DNA of 64,000 nt from Candidatus Latescibacterota bacterium (lineage in GTDB: Bacteria; Latescibacterota; UBA2968; UBA8231). Below, piece by piece: positions 1 to 9,228 of this stretch. The position numbers were made by a program, and so were the translations under genes. The notes under the pieces are model-generated. The model searched no databases and was not told the origin of the DNA. It saw only the letters and a program-made list of their open reading frames with translations. The stretch lies in assembly GCA_965204725.1 (NCBI GenBank), contig OZ242005.1, forward strand, positions 3,328,001 through 3,392,000, given 5' to 3'. Each line of letters opens with the position of its first letter. Within the stretch, counting starts at the first letter, position 1.

Positions 1-153
1 GTCGAGCACGGCACCGGTCTTGGTATTTTTGAGCTTGGTGCGCACGAAGGCACTGCCCTTGCCCGGTTTGACGTGCTGAAACTCGACGATGGAGAAGATC
101 TCGCCGTTGAGGTACATGGTAAAACCGTTTCTAAAATCCGTGGTATCTGCCAT
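1..153 (-). CDS. efp: Elongation factor P, 5' part (runs off window)
   Basis: Manual translation from ATG at 153: [51 protein letters not shown], with the EF-P KPGKG loop; GGGAG RBS upstream. Confidence 0.96.
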   Translation of the reverse strand, partial: MADTTDFRNGFTMYLNGEIFSIVEFQHVKPGKGSAFVRTKLKNTKTGAVLD

Positions 154-163
154 ATCGCTCCCG

Positions 164-955
164 TTAGTGTGCGTTGCTGCTTTGCTCTAGCGAAGCTAGC
201 TTGCTGCGAATGATGGTGTTCGTCGGCTCCTGTTCGAGGAGCTCGCGGTACGTTTCGATCGCCTTCTGGGTCAGGCCCTGAGTGGTGTAGATCTCGGCCA
301 GCGTCATGGTGGCGATGCGCTTGCTTTTCGGTGCGCTCGGCTCGCGGACAGCCGGGGTGGGTGGCTTGCTAGGGGCGGGCCTCGGCTCGGCGGCTTTGTC
401 CTCTTCGATCTCCTGCAAGATGCGGAGCAATTCGCTGTCGTCGCTATTGCCGTACAGGTCGTCGCGGTCTTTTGGCGGCGGCGCTGGGGTATCGGGGGCC
501 TTGGGCTCGGCGCGGGCGGTGCTCTCTTCGGGTTTGGGCGCGGGCGCGTCTTGGTCGGTTTGGCTAGCGAAGCGATCGATTTGCTCGGCTAGGGAGGCGT
601 CGAAAGGGTCGAGGTCCGCGGCTTGGCGCAGGCTTTGCAAGACGAGGGGTGTGAGGCCGAGCTGCTCAGAGAGGTGGGCGAGGCGTTTGTACCCGCTGGG
701 GTTTTGCGGGTCGAGCCGCAGGGCCTGCCCCATGGCCTCGTGCGCTTGTTTTAAGTCCCCCTGTTTTTCATAGCACTTGCTGAGGACAATAAAGCCGGTG
801 GCGTAATCGGGAAAACTCTCGCAGCCCTTTTGGCAGAGCGCGAGGGCGCGCTCGATGCGCCCGCGTTTGAGGTAGAGATCGGCGAGGCGAGCGAAGTGCG
901 GGAAGTGCGGGTCGCGCCGGAATGCCTTTTCTAATTTGGTTATGGGATCGGCCAT
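164..955 (-). CDS. Tetratricopeptide-repeat protein (N-terminal TPRs, Pro-rich linker, C-terminal '[10 protein letters not shown]' TPR)
   Basis: 263-aa ORF with TPR-like helices; ends 10 bp before efp on the same strand. Confidence 0.8.
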   Translation of the reverse strand: MADPITKLEKAFRRDPHFPHFARLADLYLKRGRIERALALCQKGCESFPDYATGFIVLSKCYEKQGDLKQAHEAMGQALRLDPQNPSGYKRLAHLSEQLGLTPLVLQSLRQAADLDPFDASLAEQIDRFASQTDQDAPAPKPEESTARAEPKAPDTPAPPPKDRDDLYGNSDDSELLRILQEIEEDKAAEPRPAPSKPPTPAVREPSAPKSKRIATMTLAEIYTTQGLTQKAIETYRELLEQEPTNTIIRSKLASLEQSSNAH

Positions 956-999
956 GGCGATAGGAATGGGAGGGGCTAAAGCGGCTGAAAAGAGAGGCT

Positions 1000-1028
1000 A
1001 TTTTATGGTTTGAACTGGGAAATGTCAA
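1000..1028 (-). promoter_or_regulatory. Sigma70-type promoter for the TPR-efp unit
   Basis: Minus strand reads TTGACA-17 nt-TAAAAT, 45 nt upstream of the ATG at 955. Confidence 0.8.
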
Positions 1029-1065
1029 GGATGAGGCCGGGCGATGGACAGGGGCTAATTCGCAG

Positions 1066-1099
1066 ACAAAGGGGCGCGGAAACCGCGTCCGCACCCCCT
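1066..1099 (-). terminator. Probable intrinsic terminator after tRNA-Lys
   Basis: Minus strand GGGGTGCGGA-cgcggtt-TCCGCGCCCC-TTTGT hairpin with a short U tract. Confidence 0.6.
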
Positions 1100-1108
1100 C
1101 GGCAAAGA

Positions 1109-1184
<76 letters not shown>

Positions 1185-1215
1185 GTAGAAAATATCTGCA
1201 CGAGTGGGCTGGCCG

Positions 1216-2028
1216 TCAATGCCGCGCCAATGCTGGGAAGAGCTCGTCGTGGACTTCGGCGCATTGGCGCAAGTGTACCATGCGCTCCGGGCTGGCGGTA
1301 TCGAGCATGGTGGGATAGAACATGCCGCCGCCGGTGACGACTTGGTAGCCGCCGGGCGAGTGCCGGCGGAGATAGTCCTTGAGGGTGGCCCGGTCTGCAT
1401 CGTTGGTGCAGGGGCGGGTGAGGTTCATGGTGAACATGCGCCGCCGCTGGTCGCCGCCAAAGGAGGCGTGATAGAGGTCGTGGTTGAAGATGACGAGGTC
1501 GCCAGGGGTCGTCTCGAGCGCGAGGTGGCCGGGAAAATCGCGTGGCTCGACGCCGAACCGTTCCATGGACCTATTGAGGTCAATGCCCTCGGCGCGGACG
1601 AAGTGGTTGGGGTGGTGGCTGCCGGGGAGTATGCGCAGACAGCCCGTGTCGCGGGTCAGCTCATCCAAATAGAAGGCGATTTTGACCGAGAAAAGCTGGC
1701 CCCAGTTGCCATCGGGGTGCCAGCCGGTGTCGCCGCTGTAGTAGTTGCCGTCGCCGCTGGCGTAGTTGAAGTGCGCGCCGAGGACGCCGTTGCAGATCCC
1801 GATGATGCGCTCGTCGTCTATGAGGGTGCAAAGCCGCTCGCGGTGCTCAATGGGGCCGCCGAACATGGTGCGCTTGGTACCGTCGTGTTGGGCACCGCGG
1901 CCGTGCGCTTGGATGGAGTGCTCAAACTCAGCGGTGATCCAAGCGATCTCGCTGGGGGCAAAAAGCCGCGGGAAGTAGAGATAACCAAAGGTCTTGAAGA
2001 AGCGAATCTGCTCGGGCGAAAGCTCCAT
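1216..2028 (-). CDS. Phytanoyl-CoA dioxygenase (PhyH)-family Fe(II)/2OG dioxygenase
   Basis: Start reassigned to MELSPEQIRFFKTFGYL (GGAG RBS); WHPD HxD motif, GCLRILPGSH, distal His in DLYHAS, RRRM. Confidence 0.88.
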   Translation of the reverse strand: MELSPEQIRFFKTFGYLYFPRLFAPSEIAWITAEFEHSIQAHGRGAQHDGTKRTMFGGPIEHRERLCTLIDDERIIGICNGVLGAHFNYASGDGNYYSGDTGWHPDGNWGQLFSVKIAFYLDELTRDTGCLRILPGSHHPNHFVRAEGIDLNRSMERFGVEPRDFPGHLALETTPGDLVIFNHDLYHASFGGDQRRRMFTMNLTRPCTNDADRATLKDYLRRHSPGGYQVVTGGGMFYPTMLDTASPERMVHLRQCAEVHDELFPALARH

Positions 2029-2054
2029 GGGATAGTCTCCGGTTCTGCCGCTGG

Positions 2055-2300
2055 TCAGCGGATTTCGGTGGGGGCGATTTCCATGGCGCACAGGTACTCG
2101 CAGAGGGCGCGGCCGTCTAAAGGCAGGTCGAGCACATCGGAAAAGGGCCACATGTCCCCCTTGAGGAAGTCGATGGCCATCTGCCGTTCCTGATTGCAAT
2201 CCGCGGTCTGCACGTCTTTGACGGCTTGGATGATGACGGCCGCGGCGAGCCGCCGGTGGCCGTCAAAGCGGGCGCGATAGGTCGTCTTTTTTTTGCTCAT
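2055..2300 (-). CDS. Small hypothetical protein (81 aa)
   Basis: Fills the nupC-phyH gap on the same strand; amphipathic helix RLAAAVIIQAVKD. Confidence 0.6.
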   Translation of the reverse strand: MSKKKTTYRARFDGHRRLAAAVIIQAVKDVQTADCNQERQMAIDFLKGDMWPFSDVLDLPLDGRALCEYLCAMEIAPTEIR

Positions 2301-2355
2301 CTGCTTTCACTTCATTCGCTAGATAGTATATGACGCCCGAAGTGCCACTTAAGTT

Positions 2356-3612
2356 TCATAGGTATAGCCCAATCACGCAGCCGGTCGCCATGGTCGCGAG
2401 CGTACCGCCCACGAGCGAGCGCAGCCCCAAGCGCGCCAAGTCGCCGCGCCGCTCGGGCGCGATGCCGCCGATGCCGCCGATCATAATGGCCACGGAACCA
2501 AAGTTGGCAAAGCCGCAGAGGGCGTACGAGGCTATGATGAACGAGCGCGTGCTCAAGGCGGCGTTGCCTTCCATCTGCTGAGCCAGCGCTAGGTACGCGA
2601 CAAATTCGTTGAGAATGGTCTTTAGGCCCATGATTTCGCCGACGAGCCGCGCTTCTCCCCAAGGAATCCCCATCAACCACGTCAGGGGGTGAAAGAGGAC
2701 CCCCGCTATGGTTTGTAAGCTCCAGCCGCTTGGGGTGCTATTGAACAGAGCGTCGAGATAGCTCAGACCATAGTTGACTAAGGCGACTAGACCGAGAAAG
2801 GCGATGAGCATGGCGAGGACGTTGAGCACCAAGTGCATGCCTTCGGCCGCGCCACGGGCGGCCGCGTCGAGGCCATTGAGGGTGTCCTTGGGGGGCAGTT
2901 TTACCTTCGCTTGTGCTGTTTCTGCCGGTTCCGTTTCTGGAATCATGAGCTTGGATACGGCAATGGCGGCCGGGGCACTAATCAGCGAAGCGACGAAGAG
3001 GTGACCGGCAATATCCGGGTGGACCGCCCCGAGCATGGTCGCATAGATGGTCATCACGGTGCCGGCGATGGTGGCCATGCCGCCGATCATCAGGCACAAC
3101 AGCTCGCTTTCGGTGAGGCGGGCCACGTAGGGGCGGATCAGGAGCGGGGCTTCGGTCATGCCGAGAAAAATGTTGGCGGTCATGCCGACGCTCTCGGCCG
3201 AGCTGATGCCCATGGACCTCTGCATGAAGCGGCTGAGCCGGGCGATGATCCAAGGCAGGAGCCGGTAGTGGTAGAGCACTCTCGAAAGCGCGGCCACAAA
3301 AATGAGGATCGCCGCGATTTCAAGGGCGACGACCGGCCCGTGCTCGCGGGCAAACGACTCCGCGCTCACGCCACTAAACAGCAGCGACTCATTGGCGGTG
3401 AGCGCGGTTTTTTTGAGTAGGGTCGTCAAGTCGCTGGCGAGGCCAAACACCAGCGGACGGATGGCTGGTTGCAGCAGAATGGCAGCCAACAGGAGCTGGA
3501 GCACCGTGGCCACGCCGAGGGTTTTCCAAGAAATGGAGCGGGTGCGGCGGCCGCTGAGATAGGCAATGGCAAGGAGAACGCAGTAGCCTAAGGCACTGTG
3601 GACAATTAACAT
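2356..3612 (-). CDS. nupC: Concentrative nucleoside transporter (CNT/NupC family)
   Basis: Motifs NIFLGMTEAPLLIRPY, GGMATIAG, NEFVAY, YALCGFANFGS, GGIAPERR. Confidence 0.93.
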   Translation of the reverse strand: MLIVHSALGYCVLLAIAYLSGRRTRSISWKTLGVATVLQLLLAAILLQPAIRPLVFGLASDLTTLLKKTALTANESLLFSGVSAESFAREHGPVVALEIAAILIFVAALSRVLYHYRLLPWIIARLSRFMQRSMGISSAESVGMTANIFLGMTEAPLLIRPYVARLTESELLCLMIGGMATIAGTVMTIYATMLGAVHPDIAGHLFVASLISAPAAIAVSKLMIPETEPAETAQAKVKLPPKDTLNGLDAAARGAAEGMHLVLNVLAMLIAFLGLVALVNYGLSYLDALFNSTPSGWSLQTIAGVLFHPLTWLMGIPWGEARLVGEIMGLKTILNEFVAYLALAQQMEGNAALSTRSFIIASYALCGFANFGSVAIMIGGIGGIAPERRGDLARLGLRSLVGGTLATMATGCVIGLYL

Positions 3613-3821
3613 AACATCCTAAAAAATAAAGGGTAAAACCGAGAAAAGTCAATCGCAGCGCACCCGGTGCCACGCCTTTAGCTGAGGGCGTTAAGGGCGC
3701 GTTGGACGACCGAGTGCAGGGGGCCGTTGGTCGAGGTGCGCCCGGCGCTGGAGGGCTGCTATGGTGGGGCCGGGATCGGGTGCGGACTCTGCGTAGCCGC
3801 CGCCCAAACGGGCCGCATTGG

Positions 3822-4556
3822 TCACGGCGAGGGGGCGCCGCGGTCTTGGGGCTCCCAGCCGACGAGGTCTTTGGCGTTGGCGAGGTCCCACTTTTTGTCC
3901 GCGCCGAGTGAAACGCCGTAGAAAATGCCGAATTGGGGTCGAGGGGCCTCGATGCAGCAAGCGGTCAGCTCGGAGACATCGCGGGCGCTGAGCCAGCGGT
4001 TTTCGCCGGGGGGATAGGTGCTGTTGACTTCTTCGGTGTCGGGATAGTTGGCGATGCGGAGGCAATACGTGGCGATGCCGTATTGGTCGTAGTAGAAGCG
4101 GCCGAGGGCTTCGCCGAAGGCCTTGCTGACGCCGTACATGCTGTCGGGGCGAATCGGCATGTCCGGGGTGGTGTAGATACCTTCTTGCTCGTAGAAGCCC
4201 GTTACGTGGTTGGTGCTGGCAAAGACGACGACCGGGACCTTGTTGATGCGGGCGGCCTCAAAGAGGTTGTAGGTCCCTTGGATGTTGGTCTCCATGATCA
4301 TCTGGTTGTAGCGCGTACGCGGATAGCCCCGCTGGGTAATGGCGATGCCGAGGTGGACGATGGTGTCAATGCCTTCGCAAGCCTCGACCATGTTCTCGAA
4401 GTTGGCGAGGTCGGAGACCACGATCTCGTCGTTTGGTTCGACTGGGGGAATGTTACGGTGGAAGAGCAGGCGAAAGTCGTAGCGGTCTTTGAGGTGGCGG
4501 CGCAGGCCGGACCCAACTTTGCCGGCGGCGCCGGTGATGAAAAGTTTCTTTTTCAT
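3822..4556 (-). CDS. NAD-dependent epimerase/dehydratase (uronate dehydrogenase-like extended SDR)
   Basis: ITGAAGKVG Rossmann motif, VVFASTNH, YGVSK catalytic YxxxK, CLRI. Confidence 0.88.
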   Translation of the reverse strand: MKKKLFITGAAGKVGSGLRRHLKDRYDFRLLFHRNIPPVEPNDEIVVSDLANFENMVEACEGIDTIVHLGIAITQRGYPRTRYNQMIMETNIQGTYNLFEAARINKVPVVVFASTNHVTGFYEQEGIYTTPDMPIRPDSMYGVSKAFGEALGRFYYDQYGIATYCLRIANYPDTEEVNSTYPPGENRWLSARDVSELTACCIEAPRPQFGIFYGVSLGADKKWDLANAKDLVGWEPQDRGAPSP

Positions 4557-4667
4557 GGCTCTTTCCTATGTTTTGCTTCGTCTGCTGAGGCGCGGTTTAT
4601 ACTATTCGTTTGGGTCACGGGGCGCAAGTCATTAGGCGGCCGGGTCGTCCCATCTCCCACCCGGCTT

Positions 4668-5174
4668 CTACGGTTCCATGCGGTTAAGACGCGATGAGAA
4701 CCGTGCGAGGATTTTCTCGGAGATGTGATGAGGGTTGTTGGCGTGGATGCGCCGTGCCGTTTCAAGAGCGCGGGAAGGGGAGAGAGCCTCTGCCGAAACC
4801 AGATCGAGCATGAGCTCGAGTCCCCACTTTGTCCTCACACTGTGCTCGCCGCAGACCCGACGAAGCAGTCTGTCGTTGGTCGCGCAGATCCAGTCGTTCT
4901 CCCGGCACACTTGAAGCGAAAGACGATCATAACGTGAGAGTCTTGGTGGAAGCGTCGCGAGTTGGAGAAGAACTTGAGGTTCAACTTCGATTACGGTCAG
5001 CCCGAGTTCCCTACAGCGCACGAGACTCAGGTCGTCCACTTCGTCGACAACCTCTCGGACGACGTGAATCGGCGTCAGGTGCTGAACGATGAGGGCGAGA
5101 ATCGATAGATCCGAATCTCGGTAGTCGATCAGTACGTCCGCGTCCAACAGAAGGACCGTCGGGCGATTGGGCAT
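4668..5174 (-). CDS. PIN-like domain protein, putative toxin or effector
   Basis: N-terminal LLLDADVLID and later ATNDRLLR acidic PIN motifs; start lies 1 bp after the upstream ImmA gene's stop. Confidence 0.7.
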   Translation of the reverse strand: MPNRPTVLLLDADVLIDYRDSDLSILALIVQHLTPIHVVREVVDEVDDLSLVRCRELGLTVIEVEPQVLLQLATLPPRLSRYDRLSLQVCRENDWICATNDRLLRRVCGEHSVRTKWGLELMLDLVSAEALSPSRALETARRIHANNPHHISEKILARFSSRLNRMEP

Positions 5175-5175
5175 C

Positions 5176-6303
5176 TCATGTGGCCCATTCGGCGGCCAAT
5201 AGGCGCATATCCATCAAGGACATGCGGAGGATCTCGGCCCCTCGGCTAAGCGAGATCTCGTCGTTCTCGACCGCTCGGCGGACCAGCCGCCGAAGCCGAT
5301 CGTCTAAGCAGTCGGCGTCGGAGAGGCGATCCGGCTCTAGGCCCCGTTTTTCGTTGAACTCGTTTTCGGTGAGGGGCTGAGGCTCGTCAACCTTTTTTAG
5401 GGTCTTTCCGAAACGCCTTTGGTGCTGAATTTGGAAGATCTGGAACACGTTCTTTGGGGCCTCTTCCATCTGTACCAAACGGATCAGCACGGTCTTGTAG
5501 CTTACGTGGAAGATCCGCTTGACCTTGAGGATGCGCTCGTAAAGCGGGTGTCCTCTCGAGTCATGCCACTCCTGCTTGAAGGAGTCGTGCGGCATGAGGA
5601 AGTAGCTTGCGAATTCATCGGCTTGCCCTTCCTCCATTAAAGACTCCTCCTGTTCCCTGTAGTCGTAGGCACCCGGGTGCAGCAGCAAATGCCCGAGCTC
5701 GTGCGCGGCTGAGAAAATCCAGCGCTCCACCGAAATTCGCTCCCAAGTATTGATGACGACCGCCGGTCCGCCATCGTCTTCTTTAACCGAAAGCCCGAAG
5801 AAGGCATCGGTTGCACGGGGGAGGCGGAGGACCTTGATGCCGCATCTTTCGAGGATCCCGCAGATGTCGTGAATGGGCTGATCATCGAGCTTGAGAGTTT
5901 TTCGCGCCTTCTCGGCGACAGCCCGTGGACCGAGTTGCTGACTAGTTAGGAGGCTTCGCAGTTGAAAGGAGGGGGAATCTTCAAGCAACTGCTCGAGGAA
6001 GCTGTAGTCGTCGAGCCAATTGGAAACCTCGGCAAGCAACTGCTCGCGCTCCCGGACGCGCTTTCGAGCCCGAAAGCGCACGGTGTGCAGCGGGCGCACC
6101 GGGGTAGCGAGCTCGACGGTCGAGACCCCCAACGCGTGCGCCAACACGTGCATGGTAGCAGCGCGAGGCAGCGTTTGTCCTCGCTCTATCTTGGCCAAAC
6201 CAAGGCGCGATAGCTGCGCCCGATCCGCAAGGGCCTTCTGGCTTATCCCCTTTGAGGTACGCAGCCGCATCACGTTGGCACCGATCACACTCTTAGTGGA
6301 CAT
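5176..6303 (-). CDS. XRE HTH + ImmA/IrrE-family Zn metallopeptidase fusion
   Basis: N-terminal HTH (GISQKALADRAQLSRLGLAKIERG); FSAAHELGH HExxH; EGQADEFASYFLMP; GGAGAGG RBS. Confidence 0.92.
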   Translation of the reverse strand: MSTKSVIGANVMRLRTSKGISQKALADRAQLSRLGLAKIERGQTLPRAATMHVLAHALGVSTVELATPVRPLHTVRFRARKRVREREQLLAEVSNWLDDYSFLEQLLEDSPSFQLRSLLTSQQLGPRAVAEKARKTLKLDDQPIHDICGILERCGIKVLRLPRATDAFFGLSVKEDDGGPAVVINTWERISVERWIFSAAHELGHLLLHPGAYDYREQEESLMEEGQADEFASYFLMPHDSFKQEWHDSRGHPLYERILKVKRIFHVSYKTVLIRLVQMEEAPKNVFQIFQIQHQRRFGKTLKKVDEPQPLTENEFNEKRGLEPDRLSDADCLDDRLRRLVRRAVENDEISLSRGAEILRMSLMDMRLLAAEWAT

Positions 6304-6462
6304 AGTAGCCTCTCCCTAATCTGGAAGGTTATTAAAAAACGGTTGTGTGAGACTCTCAACGCACCCGCGATCCTTAAATAAAACGCACAATTGCTAAGTA
6401 CGTAAAAAATAAACCTAAATCAATGCCGTACCACAACTTAGATGATAGAAAGCGCAGGTCTC

Positions 6463-7722
6463 TCATTTGGCCGAGTGCTGGGCCGTCAGCGACGAGAGGC
6501 GGCCCAAGTTTCTCAGCGCGGGGAAAAGGCCCGTCCACGCGGCGACGACCAGCAATGTGCCAATGCCGCCGCTGACGACCGAGAAGACCGGGTTGAACAA
6601 CTGGGCCACCAGCCCGGACTCAAAACCGCCGATCTCGTTGGAAGCCCCGACGAAGATGGCGGAGACGGCTTGGACCCGACCCCGCATCTCGTTGGGAGTG
6701 CCCATCTGCGAGATGACGCGGCGGATGACCATGCTGACGTTGTCAAAGGCGCCGGTCAGGGCCAGCATCAGCAGCGAGAACCAGAAATTTTGCGAGAGGC
6801 CAAAGAGAATGGTTGCCGCGCCAAAGCCGGCCACGCACCACAGCAGGGTTTGGCCGGCGCGGCGAATCGGCGGCCGGTGGGCGATGGCCAAGGCGGTGAT
6901 GCTGGCGCCAATGGCCGGGGCCGCGCGCAGCCAGCCGAGCGCGGCCTCGGGGGCGAGTCCGGTGGGGCCGAGGTCGATGATTTCGCGGGCGAAGATGGGC
7001 AAGAGATACACTGCGCCGCCCAAGAGTACGGCGAAGAGATCGAGGGAGATCGCGCCGAGCAGGAGCGGCTGGCTGCGGACGAAGTGTAGCCCGACGGCGA
7101 TCTGAGCGAACATGTTGCCCCCGCGAATGCGCGGAGCGGGAGGCAAGGCCATGGCGCTGAGGAAGAGGATAAAGGCCGCCGAGGAAACCGCGCTGAGGAG
7201 ATAGGCGGCTTGGAGATTGAAGGCGATGACAAAACCGCCGATGGCCGGTCCGGCAATGCCGGTGATTTGCATCAGACTGGTCGACCACTTGGCGGCGTTT
7301 TCAAAGAGCGCGTCCGGCACCAGCAAGGGCGCGATGGCCCGTTGGGCGGGCCAGCCTAGGCGGAGGAAGGACGAATCCAAAAAGAGCAGCCAGTACATTG
7401 AGTGGACCGGCATTTGGTACCAGCTAAAGGCGGCCAAGGCCAGCGAGCAGAGGGTCGCGCCGGCTAGACTGAGCATCATTAGCTTGCGGCGGTCGAAGAC
7501 GTCGGCTAGATACCCGGCGGGCAGCGTCAAGAGCAGCATGGGGATGGCTTGGACGAGGCCGACCATGCCGAGGGAGAGGGCTTGGCCGGTGCGGTCGTAC
7601 ACCTCCCAGCCGATGGCCAAACCTTGGGCGGCCGTACCCATCCGCACTAGCGAGGAGGCGATGAGATAACGCCGGAAGAGCGGGACGCGCAGGCTGGAAT
7701 AGGGGTCGTGTGTTTTGCGCAA
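6463..7722 (-). CDS. MFS transporter (DHA3/EntS-like)
   Basis: About 12 hydrophobic segments; GYLADVFDRRKL motif A; DLFAVLLGGA; MRGRV; SNEIGGFESG. Confidence 0.9.
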   Translation of the reverse strand: MRKTHDPYSSLRVPLFRRYLIASSLVRMGTAAQGLAIGWEVYDRTGQALSLGMVGLVQAIPMLLLTLPAGYLADVFDRRKLMMLSLAGATLCSLALAAFSWYQMPVHSMYWLLFLDSSFLRLGWPAQRAIAPLLVPDALFENAAKWSTSLMQITGIAGPAIGGFVIAFNLQAAYLLSAVSSAAFILFLSAMALPPAPRIRGGNMFAQIAVGLHFVRSQPLLLGAISLDLFAVLLGGAVYLLPIFAREIIDLGPTGLAPEAALGWLRAAPAIGASITALAIAHRPPIRRAGQTLLWCVAGFGAATILFGLSQNFWFSLLMLALTGAFDNVSMVIRRVISQMGTPNEMRGRVQAVSAIFVGASNEIGGFESGLVAQLFNPVFSVVSGGIGTLLVVAAWTGLFPALRNLGRLSSLTAQHSAK

Positions 7723-7840
7723 ATCGGGAGCGGTGTGCTAGTTGTGAGCGGCGAGCGGTGCGGTCTCGCTAAATTACCGGTGTGCCGCTGACTCGCGCCA
7801 GTGGCATCCCGGGGAGAGTGTGGCCCATAAGGAGACTGCA

Positions 7841-7980
7841 ATGCCCAGTTTACCTGTCCCAACGCCGTCGCCGCGGTTGAAAGCCACTTCATTCTGTCGA
7901 TTCACGAGAATTTTGCCGCGCAGGAGGTGGCCGATATTGCGGAGGCGTTTGCAAAGGTGGAGCGGGCGTATCTGCGGTAG
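7841..7980 (+). pseudogene. Internally deleted DegT/DnrJ/EryC1/StrS aminotransferase relic
   Basis: AAGGAG RBS and ATG at 7841 are out of frame with 7849-7980, which reads FTCPNAVAAVESHFILSIHENFAAQEVADIAEAFAKVERAYLR*, a typical DegT C-terminus. Confidence 0.6.
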
Positions 7981-8125
7981 TATAGCCGTCTGGGTATGAG
8001 ATACTTCGCTGCGCTCAGTATGACAAGGGCTGGGGCACGAAGTATCCGTCTGTGTGTCATGCTGAGCGCAGCGCAGCGAAGTCGAAGCATCTCTCCATGC
8101 TTGCAAGTCATTTAGGACTGCTATA
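7981..8125. mobile_element. MITE-like element (TATAGC...GCTATA ends) carrying a REP-like hairpin doublet; left arm of a long inverted repeat
   Basis: Begins TATAGCCGTC and ends TTTAGGACTGCTATA; hairpins at 7998-8025 (-) and 8055-8093 (+); 7991-8125 is the near reverse complement of 9229-9358. Confidence 0.75.
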
Positions 8126-8171
8126 AGAATATGTGTATAGTAGTTATGAGAAAGAGCAAAGTGAGACGATT

Positions 8172-9221
8172 ATGAAATTGCCCTCTGGACGCATTTGGTC
8201 GCATCGAGTATGCGATATGCTGGGGTTAAATCTAACCCATCCCCGTTTTGCGATTGACGACATTGACCTCGGCAAAAAAGACGCGAGTACTTGTCGCGGG
8301 GACTTTCCCAAGTTTGCCGAATGGGGAGTAGGGGTGGTGATGTGCAAGGGGGGCGCGGCTTACTACGACGACAACTACAAACCGCTGTGGCGTCAGGAGG
8401 CGGAATGGCGTCCGGGTCGCGGCGGCGAGGACATGTTCCTGAGTCTGGCGATCAAGAATCCGACTCAACTGGTGCTAGGGGTGCTCGACCGTTTTTTGCT
8501 AAACGTCGAAGCCCATCCCGAACAAGTGCTGCTGGTGCGGATGGCCCGGGACTTGGATGCTGCACAGGCGGCGGGCAAGGTCGCGGTATTGATGGGGGCC
8601 AATCGCAGCGACTGGTTCGGCGACAGCCCCGGCATCCTGCGGATGTTTGCCCGCCTCGGGCTGCGGATGATCACCTTGGGCCAAGCGACCCGCGAGTTGG
8701 GTTGGGACGCCTCTAATGAGACCCGTTCGGGTGGGCGGATGACCGAGTTGGGGGTGCGGATGATTGCGGAGATGAACGCGACCGGGATACTCATTGACTT
8801 GGCCCATAACAATGACCCCTGCGCCCTCGATATCATCGAAGTATCGACCAAGCCGGTGGTTGATTCGCACTCGAATCCGCGGGCATTGGTCGGCGATCTC
8901 AGGGCGGCCCCCGACGAGGTGATGCGGGCGTTGGCCGAGCGCGGAGGAGTGTTGGGGATCCCCCCGCCGATCGCCCGGCCGCCGGGGGACGCGCCCTATC
9001 GGGCGGTCGCGCCAGAACAGTTGGAGCAGACCTTGGTGCAAATTCGCTATGCTACGGATGTGATGGGTGTAGAAGGCGTGGGGATCGGCACCCACTTCAA
9101 CAGCGCGGTATTGCCTTGGGTAGTAGAGGGCTTGCTCGATGCGGGATTCACGCCAGAGGACACGAGCAAAATTTGCGGCGGGAATTACCTGCGGGTCTTG
9201 CGCGAGGTGCTGCCCGCGTAA
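8172..9221 (+). CDS. Membrane dipeptidase (peptidase M19)-like amidohydrolase, atypical
   Basis: LGLRMITL, GRMTELGVRMIAEMN.TGILIDLAH, DSHSNPRAL, GGVLGI, GIGTHF, KICGGNYLRVL. Confidence 0.82.
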   Translation: MKLPSGRIWSHRVCDMLGLNLTHPRFAIDDIDLGKKDASTCRGDFPKFAEWGVGVVMCKGGAAYYDDNYKPLWRQEAEWRPGRGGEDMFLSLAIKNPTQLVLGVLDRFLLNVEAHPEQVLLVRMARDLDAAQAAGKVAVLMGANRSDWFGDSPGILRMFARLGLRMITLGQATRELGWDASNETRSGGRMTELGVRMIAEMNATGILIDLAHNNDPCALDIIEVSTKPVVDSHSNPRALVGDLRAAPDEVMRALAERGGVLGIPPPIARPPGDAPYRAVAPEQLEQTLVQIRYATDVMGVEGVGIGTHFNSAVLPWVVEGLLDAGFTPEDTSKICGGNYLRVLREVLPA

Positions 9222-9228
9222 CGGGCGA

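Noticed and set aside
1204-2193. Long antisense and alternate-frame ORFs (e.g. 1204-2193+, 3933-4697+, 8499-9371-, 40253-41263+, 62361-63185+)
   Set aside because: Shadows of well-supported genes in high-GC DNA; Arg/Pro/Ala-rich with no family motifs
3680-3822. Possible gene remnant between the SDR gene and nupC (..PLHSVVQRALNALS*)
   Set aside because: Too short, with no recognisable family
4624-4636. GCAAGTCATTAGG, similar to the MITE inner end GCAAGTCATTTAGG, beside the PIN gene
   Set aside because: Only 13 nt with an indel and no GCTATA terminus; could be chance
7774-8111. ORFs 7774-8106, 7902-8111, 9243-9824 and 42950-43165 sharing 'LRCAQHD/LSAAK' peptides
   Set aside because: These are translations of the REP-like repeats, not proteins
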